A DNA stretch of 64,000 nt, taken from positions 1-64,000 of the forward strand of contig CAWBMV010000014.1 of the NCBI GenBank assembly GCA_963789955.1, given 5' to 3'. The notes under the pieces are model-generated. The model was not told where the DNA came from, ran no database searches, and saw only the letters and a list, made by a program, of their open reading frames with translations. Source of the DNA: an uncultured Candidatus Rokubacteria bacterium (GTDB taxonomy: Bacteria; Methylomirabilota; Methylomirabilia; Rokubacteriales; CSP1-6). The position numbers and the translations under genes were made by a program. Positions 38,832-50,509 of this stretch are shown piece after piece; the first letter of the stretch is position 1, and every line of letters starts with the position of its first letter.

Positions 38832-40943
38832 TCAGGCTCCGGCGCGCGGCACGATAAGCGCGTCCACGACGACGCAGCCCGCGCCCGTTTCCCTCACCAC
38901 GATCGGGTTCACGTCGAGCTCCCCCACACTCTCGCGTTCCGCCCACGCGAGGTCGCCGATCGCCTCGAGTGTGCGGGCGAGCCCGCCGACGTCCCCGGGC
39001 GGCCGACCGCGGAAGCCGCCGAGCAGCGCCGCGACGCGGGTCTCGGCGATCATCCCCTCCGCGTCACCGGCGCGCAGGGGCAACGGGCGCAGCGCGACGT
39101 CGTCCAGCGCCTCGATCAGTACGCCCCCGGCGCCGAACGCCAGAACCAGTCCGAAATCGGGGTCGCGGCTGACCCCGGCGAAGACCTCGAGGATCCCTTG
39201 CGCCATCTCCTGGATCAGGTACCCGGCGACGTCGTTTCGCCGGCCGAGATCATCGACGCGGCGCGAGAACCGATGCCACGCGGCGCCCAGCTCGGTCTCG
39301 TCTCGGAGCCCGACCTCGACGAGACCGACATCCGACCGGTGCGGAATCGCGTCGGACACGACCTTCAGCGCGACGGGATAGCCGATGGTTTTCGCGGCGG
39401 CGCGCGCGTTATCAAGCGACGCCACGAGCTGCTCACGGACGACGGGCACGCCCCACGCCGCGAGCAGGCGCTTGGCGTCGTGCTCGTGGATGGTCGGCCG
39501 CGCGCGACCTTTCAACATCGTCTGGATCGCGCCTCCCGCGCCGCGCGCTGGGCGCGGCGCCGCCAGGGGCTCACTCCAGCGCGCAAGCCGATCCACCGCC
39601 CCGAGGCCCGCCCGCGTGCCACCGATCACCGCGATCCCCTGCTCGCGCAGGAACGTCGCGACGTCGCGGCGGAAGACGCCCGAGCGGGTCGTCATCAGAT
39701 AGAACGGCTTCGTCGACTGCCGCGCACCCCCGGCGAGGGTCTTGCCGTAGTCCAACGCCCGCGCGGGCGAGCCCATCGGCTGGTCGTCGAAGCCGTCGGT
39801 GCAGAACGCGATCGCGTCGTAGCCGGGATCGCTTCCGAGCACCCGAAGCCCGTGTGGGAAGTTCGTGGTGAAGTCGCCGTTGCCCCACGCATCCAGCGGG
39901 TTCCCGTCGCCGGTGACGCGCCCGATGACGCGCTCGACCTCCGCGCGCGAGGCGGGCGCCAAGGGCGGCAGCTGAAGATTCGCCGTGCCGGCCAGGTCGA
40001 GGATCAGCTCCGCCTGCCCGCCCGACGCCGTCATCACCGCCAGGCGTCGCCCGCGCGGCCAGCGCTCGGCCTGGCAGGCCGCGATCACTTCGGTCAGCTC
40101 GTCCATGTCGGCGACCTCGATGGCGCGATGCGCGCGCAGCATCGCCGAGAAGACGCGCGCCTCGCCGGCCAGACCGCCGGTGTGACTGCTGATCGCACGC
40201 CGGGTCCGGTCGCTGCGCCCGACCTTGAGAACGACGACGGGCTTGCCGCGGTCGGCCGCGCGATCCAGCACGGCCACGAATCGCTCGGGCTGGCGCACCG
40301 TCTCGAGGAACATCGCGATCACGCGCGTCGCCGCGTCGTCGACGAGGTACTCGAGGAAGTCGACGGCCGCGACGACCGCCTCGTTGCCGGACGAGATCAC
40401 CTGGCTCCAGCCGAAGCGCCGGCAATCCGTCAGGAGGCCGATGCAGATCGACCCGCTCTGCGAAATCAGCCCCACGTTGCCGGCGAGCCGGGTCGGATCG
40501 TGCAGTGCCTGGATATAGACGAGGCTCGGCACGTGCGGACTGATCACGCCCATGCAGTTCGGCCCGCAGAGCGCGATCGATGCCTCGCGGCAGATCGCCG
40601 CGATCGCCTCCTGCCGCGCGCGGCCCTCGGCGTCCGCCTCCGCGAATCCGCCGTCGAATATCACCGCCGCGCCGACGCCCCGTTCGGCCGCGGGTTGCAT
40701 CTGCTCGAGCACACGCGCGTGATTCACGCAGAACGCCAGCACGTCGACGTCGCGCGGCAGGTCGGCTACCGAGGCGTAGCAGCGGCGGCCGAGCAGGCTC
40801 TCGTACCTCGGATTGATCGGATAGACCTCGCCACGAAAACCGATGCCGTCGAGTGCTTCGACGAGGGTCCGGCCGATCGACGGGCGCTCGGAGGCGCCGA
40901 CGATCGCGATCGAACGGGGACGCAGCAGCCGGTCAAGCGACAT
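38832..40943 (-). CDS. acetate--CoA ligase family (ADP-forming acyl-CoA synthetase, alpha-beta fusion)
   Basis: PRSIAIVGAS, GPNCMG, SQSG, SHTG.LAG phospho-His, GNPLD, H.SD.G.V, ELDVNP. Confidence 0.92.
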   Translation of the reverse strand: MSLDRLLRPRSIAIVGASERPSIGRTLVEALDGIGFRGEVYPINPRYESLLGRRCYASVADLPRDVDVLAFCVNHARVLEQMQPAAERGVGAAVIFDGGFAEADAEGRARQEAIAAICREASIALCGPNCMGVISPHVPSLVYIQALHDPTRLAGNVGLISQSGSICIGLLTDCRRFGWSQVISSGNEAVVAAVDFLEYLVDDAATRVIAMFLETVRQPERFVAVLDRAADRGKPVVVLKVGRSDRTRRAISSHTGGLAGEARVFSAMLRAHRAIEVADMDELTEVIAACQAERWPRGRRLAVMTASGGQAELILDLAGTANLQLPPLAPASRAEVERVIGRVTGDGNPLDAWGNGDFTTNFPHGLRVLGSDPGYDAIAFCTDGFDDQPMGSPARALDYGKTLAGGARQSTKPFYLMTTRSGVFRRDVATFLREQGIAVIGGTRAGLGAVDRLARWSEPLAAPRPARGAGGAIQTMLKGRARPTIHEHDAKRLLAAWGVPVVREQLVASLDNARAAAKTIGYPVALKVVSDAIPHRSDVGLVEVGLRDETELGAAWHRFSRRVDDLGRRNDVAGYLIQEMAQGILEVFAGVSRDPDFGLVLAFGAGGVLIEALDDVALRPLPLRAGDAEGMIAETRVAALLGGFRGRPPGDVGGLARTLEAIGDLAWAERESVGELDVNPIVVRETGAGCVVVDALIVPRAGA

Positions 40944-41703
40944 GGGGACTCCTTCTGCGCAAGGACATCGCGATCAGCACGCCGAGGACGACAGCGCTCA
41001 CGAGCAGAGTCGACACGACGGCGATGACAGGATCGGACTCGAGACGGATCGATTCGTACATCTTCTTGGGCAGCGTGACGGCGCCGCGGCCCCCGATGAA
41101 GAGCGCCACGACCGCCTCGTTGAACGACGAGAGAAACGCGAACAGCGCGCCGACGAGCATGCCCGGACGCAGCACGGGCAAGGTGACGTGCACGAACGTC
41201 CGGACGGGGCCGGCGCCCGAGCTCATGGCCGCCCGCTCTAGGTTCTGATCGAAGCCCTTGAGCGTGGCGGAGATCACCAGGAAGGCGACGGGTACCGCGA
41301 GCATCCCGTGCGCGACCATCACGCCGAGCAGCGTGCCGGTGAGCTTCGCGCGTCCGAGGAACCCATAGTAGGCGAGCGCGCTCACGACGTGCGGCACGAT
41401 GAGCGGCGCCATGATCAGCAGATTGACGAGGGCCTTGCCGCGGAACCGGTAGCGGACGTAGCCGAAGGCCGCGGGCACCACGAGCAGCATGGTCAACGTC
41501 ATGGCGCCGAGCGCGATGACGACGCTGTTCAGGGTCGGCTCGAGCCACTCCTCGCTGGTGAAGTACTTGGCGTAGTAGCCGAGCCAGTAGCCCGGCGGCG
41601 GGAACGCGAACGAGATCGCCGTGCTGAAGGACATCGGCACGACGACGAGAATCGGCGCGAGCAGGAAGATCGCGCCGAGGGCCGCCAGGATGACCGGCAG
41701 CAT
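40933..41703 (-). CDS. ABC transporter permease (PotC-like)
   Basis: [19 protein letters not shown] loop; SFNE, TLPKKM. Confidence 0.9.
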   Translation of the reverse strand: MLPVILAALGAIFLLAPILVVVPMSFSTAISFAFPPPGYWLGYYAKYFTSEEWLEPTLNSVVIALGAMTLTMLLVVPAAFGYVRYRFRGKALVNLLIMAPLIVPHVVSALAYYGFLGRAKLTGTLLGVMVAHGMLAVPVAFLVISATLKGFDQNLERAAMSSGAGPVRTFVHVTLPVLRPGMLVGALFAFLSSFNEAVVALFIGGRGAVTLPKKMYESIRLESDPVIAVVSTLLVSAVVLGVLIAMSLRRRSPHVA

Positions 41704-41710
41704 CAGGCAC

Positions 41711-42559
41711 TCAGCCCCACAGCCGGTCGAGGCCGGCGTAGTGGTTGTAGATCGCGAGGACGGCGCCGGTCGCAACGAGGAGCACCACGGCGACGGCCGA
41801 GGCGAAGCCAAACGCGAGCAGCTCCTCGATCTGCTGGTTGATGAGCTGCGAGATCATCATGTCGCGCGGCGTGCCCAGCAGCACCGGCGTCACGAAAAAG
41901 CCGAGGCACGTGACGAACACGAGCAGGCTGCCGTTGACGACGCCGGGCAGGCTCAGCGGCAGGAACACCTCGCGGAATGCCGCCGCGGGACGCGCGCCGA
42001 GGCTCGCCGCCGCCTTCAGGTGGTTCGCATCGATCTTCTTCATCGCCGCGTAGAGGGCCAGGATCATGTACGGCAGCAGGATGTGCGTCATCCCCAGGGT
42101 CGAGCTGAACGTGCTGAAGAGGAGCTGCGGCGATTGACCAAGCCCGAGCGCGCCGTACGCCGCCGCCACGGGCCCCTTGCTGCCGAGGATCACGAGCCAG
42201 GCGTAGGTGCGGACCAGGAAGCCGGTCCAGAAGCTCATCGCGACGATCGTGAGCAGCACCGTCGACACCCAGCCGGCGCGCCGCGCCATCACGTACGCGA
42301 CCGGATAGCCGATGACGAGGCAGAGCGCGGTGACGATCAGCGAGGTCACGAACGTGTTGACCATCACGCGCGTGTAGACGGGCACCGTGAAGATGCGCCG
42401 ATAGTGCGCGAGCGAGAGCCGCGGGTCGGTGACGCTCAGCACCAGCACGTAGGCGATCGGCACCACGAAGAGCAGCACGAGCGCCAGGCACGACGGGGCG
42501 AGCAGGAGCCAGGCGGTCGCGTTCCGGCCGGCGCCGCGAACGGCGCTGACCGGACGCAC
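41711..42559 (-). CDS. ABC transporter permease (PotB-like)
   Basis: GYPVAY, LVRTYAW, AAASLGA.P..AF..VFLPLSLPG; start approximate. Confidence 0.9.
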   Translation of the reverse strand: MRPVSAVRGAGRNATAWLLLAPSCLALVLLFVVPIAYVLVLSVTDPRLSLAHYRRIFTVPVYTRVMVNTFVTSLIVTALCLVIGYPVAYVMARRAGWVSTVLLTIVAMSFWTGFLVRTYAWLVILGSKGPVAAAYGALGLGQSPQLLFSTFSSTLGMTHILLPYMILALYAAMKKIDANHLKAAASLGARPAAAFREVFLPLSLPGVVNGSLLVFVTCLGFFVTPVLLGTPRDMMISQLINQQIEELLAFGFASAVAVVLLVATGAVLAIYNHYAGLDRLWG

Positions 42560-42570
42560 CGCGGCCGCGC

Positions 42571-43621
42571 TCAGCTCGCCAGCCACTGCGTGAAGCGCTC
42601 CTGGATCCTGGCGGTCTGGTCCGCTTCGGCGACGGTGTCCGGCTTGATCGAGACCTTGACGTTCTCCGGATAGGTCGGGAGCTGACGCGACACCTCGGGC
42701 GAGATGTACTTGAACGCCTCGGGGTTCGTCGGGCCGTAGTACAGCTTGTTCGCGAAGTCGGCCTGCGGCTTGGGCTGGACGGCGAACTGGAGAAACTCCC
42801 AGGCGAGCTTCCGGTTCGGCGCGCCCTTCGCCACCCCCCACATCGTCGTCGTGATGGTGGCGCCGTGCCACACCAGCTCGACCGGCACGCCCTGCTGCTG
42901 GAGCTCGCTGGCGCGCGCGTTCCAGATCACCATCATGTCGACTTCGCCGTCGCGCAGGAGCTGCTGCGACTGGTTGCCTTGCGTCCACCAGACCTTGATG
43001 TGCGGCTTGATCTGGTCGAGCTTGCGGAAGGCGCGATCGACGTCCAGCGGGAAGACCTTGTCGACGGGCACGCCGTCCGCGACCAGCGCGAACTGCACCG
43101 TGCGCACCGCGTTGTTGAGCATCGAGCGATTGCCGGGGAACTTCTTGACGTCCCAGAAGTCGGCCCAGCTCTTCGGTCCGCCCTGCGGGAACTTGTCCTT
43201 GCGGTAGGCCAGGTTGGTGCCGAGCGCGCAGTAGCCGAGGCCGTTGGCGTACACGGCGTCCGGGAACAGCTTGTCCTTCTTCACGACCGTCCAGTCGACC
43301 GGCTCCACGCAGACCTTCGCGATCGGCGCGCAGAAGGTCGGCCTGGGTGATCGCCGTGATGTCCCACTCGTAGCTGCCGCTCTGCACCTGCGCCTTCAGC
43401 TTGGCGTACGACACCGGCGCGACCGTCCGCACGCGGATGCCCGTCTGGTCGGTGAACGGCTTGAAGAAGGCGGCCTCTTCCGCGGCCGTCCAGCTCCCGC
43501 CCCAGGTGTTGACGTAGATCGTGCGCGTCTGCGCGATCGACCGATCCGTGATGATCAGCGGCCCGACCGACGCCGCCGTTGCGGTGGCCGCGACTCCTTT
43601 GAGGAACGTGCGACGTCGCAT
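42571..43621 (-). CDS. ABC substrate-binding protein (PotD/PotF-like), Tat signal (frameshift near 43310)
   Basis: MRRRTFLK; WGG.W; P.SWADFWD..KFPG.R, AL.ADGV, WNAR. Confidence 0.9.
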
Positions 43622-43686
43622 GGTGAATCCTCCGTAGCTTCATCCGTCTCGATGGTGGTCGAGATTTTGCCATAATCCTCCCCGTG

Positions 43687-46045
43687 ATGAGCCAACGCCT
43701 GATCGGCCGGCGGCTCCTGCGGCAGGAGGATCCCAGACTCGTCGCCGGCAAGGGCGCGTACGTGACGGACCTCGCCCTGCCCGGCATGCTGCACCTTGCG
43801 CTGCTGCGCAGCCCGCACGCCCATGCGCGCATCGCGTGTCTGGACGTCGACCGCGCGCGTCGCGGTGCCCGGCGTCGTCGCCGTCTTCACCGCCGGCGAT
43901 CTTCGCGACGTCGGGCTGCTGCCGGTGCTCGCCCACCCGCCGGGTCAGCGCCAGACCGACTTCGCCGTGCTGCCGGCCGACCGGGTGCGCTACGTCGGTC
44001 AGCCGCTCGCCGCCGTCGTGGCCGAGACTCCGTACGCCGCCCAGGACGGCGTCGATGCCCTCGACGTGACGTACGATCCGCTGCCGGCCGTCGCGAACGT
44101 CGCGCAGGCCTTAGCACCCGGCGCGCCGAAGCTCTACGACGACTGGCCGGACAACGTGGTCGTCGCGCGGGAGATCGGCGGCGGCGATCCGGACGCCGTG
44201 CTCGCGACGGCGGCGACGGTCGTGGAGGCGCGCTTTAGGATGCCGCGGCAGACGGCGGCGCCGATGGAAGGGCGCGCAGTCTGCGCCCGCTTCGACCGCG
44301 ACACCGGCGAGCTGACCGTGTGGGCGTCGAGCCAGGCGCCGCACCTCTTCCGCACGGTGCTCGCCGGGGTGCTGCGCGTCGACGAGGAGCGCATCCGCGT
44401 GATCGTCCCCGACGTGGGCGGCGGCTTCGGCGTCAAGCTCCACTACTACCCGGAAGACGTACTGGTGGCGGTCGCCGCGATGCGGCTCGGCCGGCCGGTG
44501 AAGTGGGTCGAGACGCGCAGCGAGCACTTCGCCGCGACGGTGCACGCGCGCGAGCAGCACGTCCACGCACGGGCCGGGTTCGACGCGCAGGGGACGTTGC
44601 TGGCCCTGCGCGTGCACGTGCAGGGCGACGTCGGCGCGCACCTGCACACCAAAGGCGCCGGACCGATCTTCCTCGGCGGCGTCGTGCTGCCGAACGTGTA
44701 TGCCGTCCGTCATTTCAAGGCGAAGCTGGAGGCCGTCGTCACCAACAAGGTGCCGTTCGGCGCGTATCGCGCGTTCGGCATGCAGCAGGCGGCGTTCGTC
44801 ACCGAGCGGTTGATGGACATCGCCGCCGTGCGCCTCGGGATCGACCCCGTCGAGATCCGCCGCCGCAATTACGTGCCGGCGGCGGCGTTCCCCTATCGCA
44901 GCATCGCCAATCTCGTCTACGACAGTGGCAACTACGTCCGCGCGCTCGACGAAGCGCTGCGCATCGCCGACTACGCCGGACTCCGGGCGATGCAGACGCG
45001 CGCGCGCGCGCAGGGTCGGCTCCTCGGTATCGGCGTCGCCAACTACGTCGAGGTCACCGGCATGGGGCCGACGAAGCTGATGGCCGCGATGGGCAACCGG
45101 CAGGGTGGCTACGAGAGTGCGACCGTCCGCGTCGAGCCCTCGGGGCGCGTCACCGTCGCGACCGGCATCATCGAGCTCGGTCAGGGCATTCGCTCGGCGC
45201 TCGCGCAGGTCGCCGCCGACGTGCTGTCGCTCCCCTACGATCGCGTCGGCGTCGTGCTCGGCGACACCGCGCGCACGCCGTACTCGTGCTACGGCACGGC
45301 GGATAGCCGAGGCTCGGTCACCGGCGGGGCCGCGGTGCTCCAGGCCACGCGTGCCCTCAGGCAGAAGCTGCTCCGTGTGGCGGCGCAGCTGCTCGAGGCC
45401 GACGAGGCGGACCTCGAGGTCGTCGACGGTCAGTGTCGTGTGCGCGGCGCGCCCGGCCGCGGTCTTTCCTTCGGCACGCTCGCCCAGGAGTCGCTCCGCG
45501 GACAGAAGCTGACCGACGGGATGGAGCCCGAGCTCGAGGCGCGGTTCACCTACAACCCGGAGAACTGGACGTTTCCCTACGGCGTGCACATTGCCGCGGT
45601 CGAGGTCGCGCCTGACACCGGCGCGGTTCGGGTGCTCGGCTACTGGGTCGCGCACGACTGCGGCACGATGCTGAACCCGATGCTGGTGGACGGTCAGCTC
45701 CACGGCGGCCTTGCCCAGGGTATCGGCGGCGCGCTGAGCGAGGAGCTCCGCTACGACGAGGCGGGCCAGCTCCTGTCGCGCACGTTCATGGACTACGCGA
45801 TCCCGACGGCGGAGACGATGCCGCCGATCACGATCGGTCACGTCGAGACGCCGTCGCCGCACACGCCGGGCGGGATGAAGGGCATGGCCGAGGGCGGCAC
45901 GATCGGCGCCCCCGCGACGATCGCGAACGCCGTCGCTGACGCGCTGGCGGGTGCCGGCGTCGACGCCGCGGCCGTCAGCGCCTACCCGCTCACCGCGTCG
46001 ACAGTGTTCGCGCTCCTCCAGAACGCCCGCGTGACCCATGGCTGA
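43687..46045 (+). CDS. xanthine dehydrogenase family molybdopterin-binding (large) subunit (frameshift near 43855)
   Basis: RQEDPRLV.G.G.Y, RSPHAHA, VGGGFG.K, AYRAFG, GQLHGG.AQG.G, KG.AEGG. Confidence 0.92.
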
Positions 46046-46310
46046 CGCGGCCGCGACGCGGCGCCGAGCGATCGCACTGGTTCTCTCGGGAATCTTTCCG
46101 GGACTGGGCCAGTTTTACAATCGTCAGCCCGCGAAGGGCGCGATCGGCCTTGCCGCCGGAGCCGTGCTCAGCTGGCTCGCGGGCCGGGCCATGCCGACCG
46201 ACCCGCTTGCACTCGACCAGGCGGGATTCGCCCTCTTCGGTCCCTTGTGCGCGCTCCTCGTCGTGTGGACGTGGTCCATCATCGACGCGTGGCGCGCCGC
46301 CGGCCGCTGA
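46038..46310 (+). CDS. small membrane protein
   Basis: LSGIFPGLGQFYN....KG and WSIIDAW motifs. Confidence 0.75.
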   Translation: MADAAATRRRAIALVLSGIFPGLGQFYNRQPAKGAIGLAAGAVLSWLAGRAMPTDPLALDQAGFALFGPLCALLVVWTWSIIDAWRAAGR

Positions 46311-46408
46311 GCGCGGTCCACGCGGCGGCGATCGGGTCCATGAGTTAAACTTGTCCAGGCGTTGCAAGGCTCGAGCGGCTGCGCAAACCGAGCACGGGAG
46401 GTATACCG

Positions 46409-46834
46409 ATGCCCAAGATCAAGCACATCGCGCTGTCAACCCAGGACGTCGAGAAGACCGCGAAGTTCTACGTGGAGACGTTCGGCATGAAGGAAGTCGG
46501 CAAGATCGACGATCCGGGGACACGCGGCGTCTTCCTCACCGACGGCGACATCAACCTCGCCATCCTCAATTTCAAGAACGATACAGCGGCCGGCAGCGAG
46601 CGCGGCAAGAGCTTCTCCGGCATTCACCACATCGGCTTTCAGGTCGAGAGCCTGGAGAAGATTGCCGAGCGGCTCACCACAGCAGGGTCGCGCCGTCGTC
46701 ACGACGTCGAGCAGGCACTCGGCGTCGCGCCGGGCACAGAGGGCAATGTCGAGGTGAAGTGGACCGGACCGGACGGCATCATGCTCGATGTCTCGAAGAC
46801 CGGCTGGCTCGGCACGCCCACGTTCGGTCACTAG
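46409..46834 (+). CDS. VOC/glyoxalase family protein
   Basis: KIKHIAL, LTDG.INLAIL, GIHHIGF.V, EVK..GPDG. Confidence 0.88.
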   Translation: MPKIKHIALSTQDVEKTAKFYVETFGMKEVGKIDDPGTRGVFLTDGDINLAILNFKNDTAAGSERGKSFSGIHHIGFQVESLEKIAERLTTAGSRRRHDVEQALGVAPGTEGNVEVKWTGPDGIMLDVSKTGWLGTPTFGH

Positions 46835-46853
46835 AGTCAGGCATCATCGCGGC

Positions 46854-48906
46854 ATGATCTCATCTGGGCCCCGAACCGTGCGGACGATGTGTCCGATGAA
46901 CTGTCATCCCACCTTGTGCGGCATGCTGGTCGACATCGAGGACGGCCGCGTGCTCGGGGTGCGGGGCGATCCTGACAACCCGGACAGCCAGGGGTTCCTC
47001 TGCGTACGCGGTCAGGCCTCCCACGAGATCATCGGCAATCCGGCGCGCCTGCTGCATCCCCTCGTCCGCGCGCAGCCGCGAGGACGCCTTCCGCGAGGCG
47101 TCATGGGACGAGGCGCTCGATCTCGTCGCCGAGCGCATGCGGACGCTGGGCGGCGAGCGGGTTGGCATCTGGACGGGGCACGGGCTGGCGGCCACCAACT
47201 ACGGCACGCGGCTGTCGGGGCACCTCGCGCGGCGCTTCGCCAACCTGTGGGGCTGCCAGTCGTGGAGCGGCACGATGATCTGCTGGGGACTCGGCGCCTA
47301 CGGGCTCGGGTTCACCGGAATCCTCGAGACCAACACCAAGGAAGACATGGCCGCGCACGCGAACCTCGTCGTGCTGTGGGGCGCGAACCTTGCCTCCCAG
47401 CCGAACACGGCCCGGCATGTGGCGGCGGCGCGGCGGCGCGGCGCCTCCATCATCACGATCGACATCCGGCAGACCGAGGCCGCCGCCCAGTCCGACGAGA
47501 CCTTCATCGTGCGCCCGGGCAGCGATGCCGCGCTGGCGCTCGCGATGATGCACGTGATCGTCGCGGAGGAGCTGTGGGACCGCGAGTTCGTGGCCCAACA
47601 CACGGTTGGCTTCGACGTCCTGGCCGGCCACGTCGCCGGTCACTCGCCGGCGTGGGCGGCTGAGATCACCGGCGTGCCGGCCGATCGTATTACCGCGCTC
47701 GCGCGCCGCTACGCGCGGACCCGCCCCGCGATGGTCGTGCTCGGCGGCAGCAGTCTGCACAAGGGCGCCAACGGCTGGAACGCCGCCCGCGCGATCGGCT
47801 GCCTGCCGGCCCTCACCGGCAACGTCGGCATTGCGGGGGGCGGCCTCGGGCCTCGCCACGGCAGCGCCTCCCACGGCCAGGGCCTATCGAGTATCACCGC
47901 GGAAGACCGGCGGCCGCGTGGAGCCTGGATCCCGAGCCAGATGCCGCTCGTGACCGAGGCCATGCTCGACGGCCGCGTGCGGGCGATGCTTCTGCTCGGC
48001 ACCAACATGCTGTCGTCCTATGCCGATGCCGGCCGGGTGGCGGAGGCGCTCGCCAGGCAGGACCTGGTGGTGTCGTACGATCTGTTCCTGAACGACACTG
48101 CGCGGCGCTTCGCCGATGTCGTGCTCCCGGCCACCGCGTGGCTCGAGGAGCTCGGGTGCAAGAGCACCAACACGCACCTCTATCTCATGCCGAAGGTGCT
48201 CGACCCGCCGGGCGAGGCTCGACCAGTTGTCTGGGTCCTGCGCGAGCTGGCGCAGCGGCTCGACATGGCCGACTACTTCCCGTGGGACAGCGAGAGCGGT
48301 CCGCTCGACGCCATCCTCGACCATCCGGCGACCGGCCATGCTACCGCGGCCGCGCTGGCGGCGGAGGGCGGCATGCGCGCCCTGCGCATCTCCCACGTCG
48401 CGCACCCGGACCTGAAATTCCCCACGCCGTCCGGAAAAATCGAGCTGGACTCCCCGCGAGCGGCCGAGCTCGGCCTGCCCTCGCTCCCCGTGCACGCGCC
48501 GCCGGCCTCCTCGTCCTATCCGCTCACCCTGTGCCAGGGCCGCACTTTGAATCACTTCCACGGCTTCTATGATCACGGTCGCGCGCTGCCCAGCCTCGCC
48601 AAGGCCGATCCCGAGCCCGTGCTCTGGATCTCACCGGCCGATGCGGCAGCCCGCGGCGTGACCGACGGCGCCGCCATTCGCATTGTGAACGCGCGGGGCG
48701 CGATGCCAGCCATGGCCCGCGTCACCGAGCGCATCCCGGCGGGCACCGTGTGGATGCGCGACGGCTGGCTCGGTCTCAACGATCTGACGCAAGGCGACCG
48801 CACCGTCCCCGATGCCGCCGTGGACGAGTTCCACGCCCTGGGATTCTCGGGCGGCCAGGCGACCTTCGATGCGCGCGTCGAAGTCCAAGCTGCACCTTCG
48901 CGCTAA
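46854..48906 (+). CDS. Mo/W-bisPGD oxidoreductase (DMSO reductase superfamily) (frameshift near 47070)
   Basis: CPMNCHPTLC...GFLC.RG 4Fe-4S motif, RPGSDAALAL, DTA..ADVVLPA, F.TPSGKIE. Confidence 0.9.
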
Positions 48907-48910
48907 CCCC

Positions 48911-49290
48911 GTGAGGACACCTGCTCGCGACGTTTAGCACGATTCTCCGACGGTTCAGGCGGATGAGGGCTTCCTCATGGCCTCGGCGTTGTCCTTTGCG
49001 GCCCTGCTGTGTCTGGCGCCCCTCACCCTCATCCTCTTCTCGCTGGCGGGGTACCTCCTGGAGTCGGATCGGATCGCCGACTATCTATTCGACGCCGCCA
49101 CGCTGCTGATCCCGGCCTATGGTCGCGAGCTCGGCGAGTTCTTTCCTTCCTGACCAGGGAACGCGCTGTCGCCGGCCTCGTAGGCATCCTGAGCTGGATC
49201 ATCTTCGCGACGCAGTTCTTCTCGCTGATGCGCACAGTCTTGAACCGCATCTTCCGCGCACCGGCCAGGCGCGGCATCGTCCATGGGCCT
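48911..49290 (+). pseudogene. truncated YihY/BrkB family membrane protein
   Basis: ASALSFAALLCLAPL.LI and FSLMRTVLNRIF motifs with an upstream stop, a frameshift and no C-terminal half. Confidence 0.65.
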
Positions 49291-49359
49291 GCGAAGCGCG
49301 AGCGGACTCGCGGCCGCGAGATCAGGCCTGGCGCTCGATCATCGGCCGGGGCATTTGTA

Positions 49360-49374
49360 TATCATGTCATGATA
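49360..49374. promoter_or_regulatory. MarR operator candidate
   Basis: perfect inverted repeat TATCATG-T-CATGATA just upstream of the marR-like start. Confidence 0.7.
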
Positions 49375-49387
49375 CACTCACTCCGTG

Positions 49388-49897
49388 ATGCATCGATCGC
49401 GCCGCGCGCGGGCCCGCGCCCGCCCGATCGACTACGAGACGCTTGCCGAGCTGCGCTACCAGGTGCGCCGATTCCTGCGCGTGCGCGAGCTGGCCGCCCG
49501 CGCGTCCGGCGTGGCGCCCCAGCAGTACCTCGTCTTGCTCCAGATCCGTGGGGTTGTGGCGCTCCGGCCGGTGACCATCAGCGTTCTCGCCGAACGGCTT
49601 CAGATCCACCACCACTCCGCCGTGCAGCTCGTCGATCGACTGTCGCGACAAGGGCTGGTCGAGCGACGGCGCGATGGGCGTGATCGACGTTCGGTGATCG
49701 TCGAGCTGCGGCCTCGAGGAGAGGCATTGCTGCAGAAGCTCGCGCTGTACTCGATGGCCGAGCTCAAAACCGAAGGCCCCGCACTCGCGTCGTCGCTGAG
49801 ACGACTGGTGATGAATGCCAGCCGGCGGTCATCCGCCTCGCATCAGATGACCCGTGACAGGGCGCGCAGCCGAAGCGCGCTCCCAGGAGGTGTGTAA
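49388..49897 (+). CDS. MarR family transcriptional regulator
   Basis: LRYQVRRFL, PQQY.VLL, LAERL...HHS.V.LVDRL...GLV.R....DRR. Confidence 0.9.
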   Translation: MHRSRRARARARPIDYETLAELRYQVRRFLRVRELAARASGVAPQQYLVLLQIRGVVALRPVTISVLAERLQIHHHSAVQLVDRLSRQGLVERRRDGRDRRSVIVELRPRGEALLQKLALYSMAELKTEGPALASSLRRLVMNASRRSSASHQMTRDRARSRSALPGGV

Positions 49898-50493
49898 TGA
49901 CAGTCCCGCGTTGGTTCGTGTTCGGTGGGCTCGCGATCGCAGGCGCCACGGTGGCGTCGTTGGCTCTCGCCCAGAACCGTGCTCCGCAAACAGCCCCGAG
50001 CCCGGCACCCATCCGGGTCACGATGGAGCAACTCCATGCCCAGGGCGGCGTCCCGCGGAACTGGAAGTTCCTCTTGCCGCCCGGAAACGCCACCGAGGGA
50101 CGGAAGGTGTTCGTAGCCATGGAGTGCTTCGCTTGTCATGAGGTCAAGGGCGAGCAGTTTCCCGACACGTCCAAGACGCCTCGGGGAGTCGGTCCGGATC
50201 TCACCGGAATGGGGGCTCACCATCCGGCGGAGTACTTCGCCGAGTCCGTCGTGAATCCCAATCGCGTCATCGTGCTCGGCACCGGCTATACCGCCCAGGA
50301 TGGCCTGTCGAAGATGCCGAGCTATGCCGACACGATGACGCTGGGCCAGCTCGTCGATATCGTGGCCTACCTGAAGTCGCTCACGGCCGGCGAGATGCCG
50401 CACCACCACATGAGCGAGTCACCGAAGACGAGCGGCACCACGACGAAATCGGGAGACATGAAGATGGGAGACATGAAGATGGGCGGGAAGTGA
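49897..50493 (+). CDS. exported monoheme cytochrome c with His/Met-rich tail
   Basis: signal peptide, CFACH, GPDL, MP axial Met; tail MPHHHM...GDMKMGDMKM. Confidence 0.88.
   Translation: MTVPRWFVFGGLAIAGATVASLALAQNRAPQTAPSPAPIRVTMEQLHAQGGVPRNWKFLLPPGNATEGRKVFVAMECFACHEVKGEQFPDTSKTPRGVGPDLTGMGAHHPAEYFAESVVNPNRVIVLGTGYTAQDGLSKMPSYADTMTLGQLVDIVAYLKSLTAGEMPHHHMSESPKTSGTTTKSGDMKMGDMKMGGK
50451..50483 (+). repeat. 15-bp tandem repeat encoding GDMKM x2
   Basis: GGGAGACATGAAGAT twice. Confidence 0.8.
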
Positions 50494-50509
50494 AGCCGAG
50501 GCGCCCTTC

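Noticed and set aside
41711..43621. Apparent SBP-permease fusion ORF (636 aa)
   Set aside because: Artefact of the frameshift near 43310; the SBP C-terminus is in another frame ending at 42571
43687..46045. Aerobic CO dehydrogenase CoxL
   Set aside because: The loop is AYRAFG rather than AYRCSFR (form I) or AYRGAGR (form II), and no coxM/S genes are present
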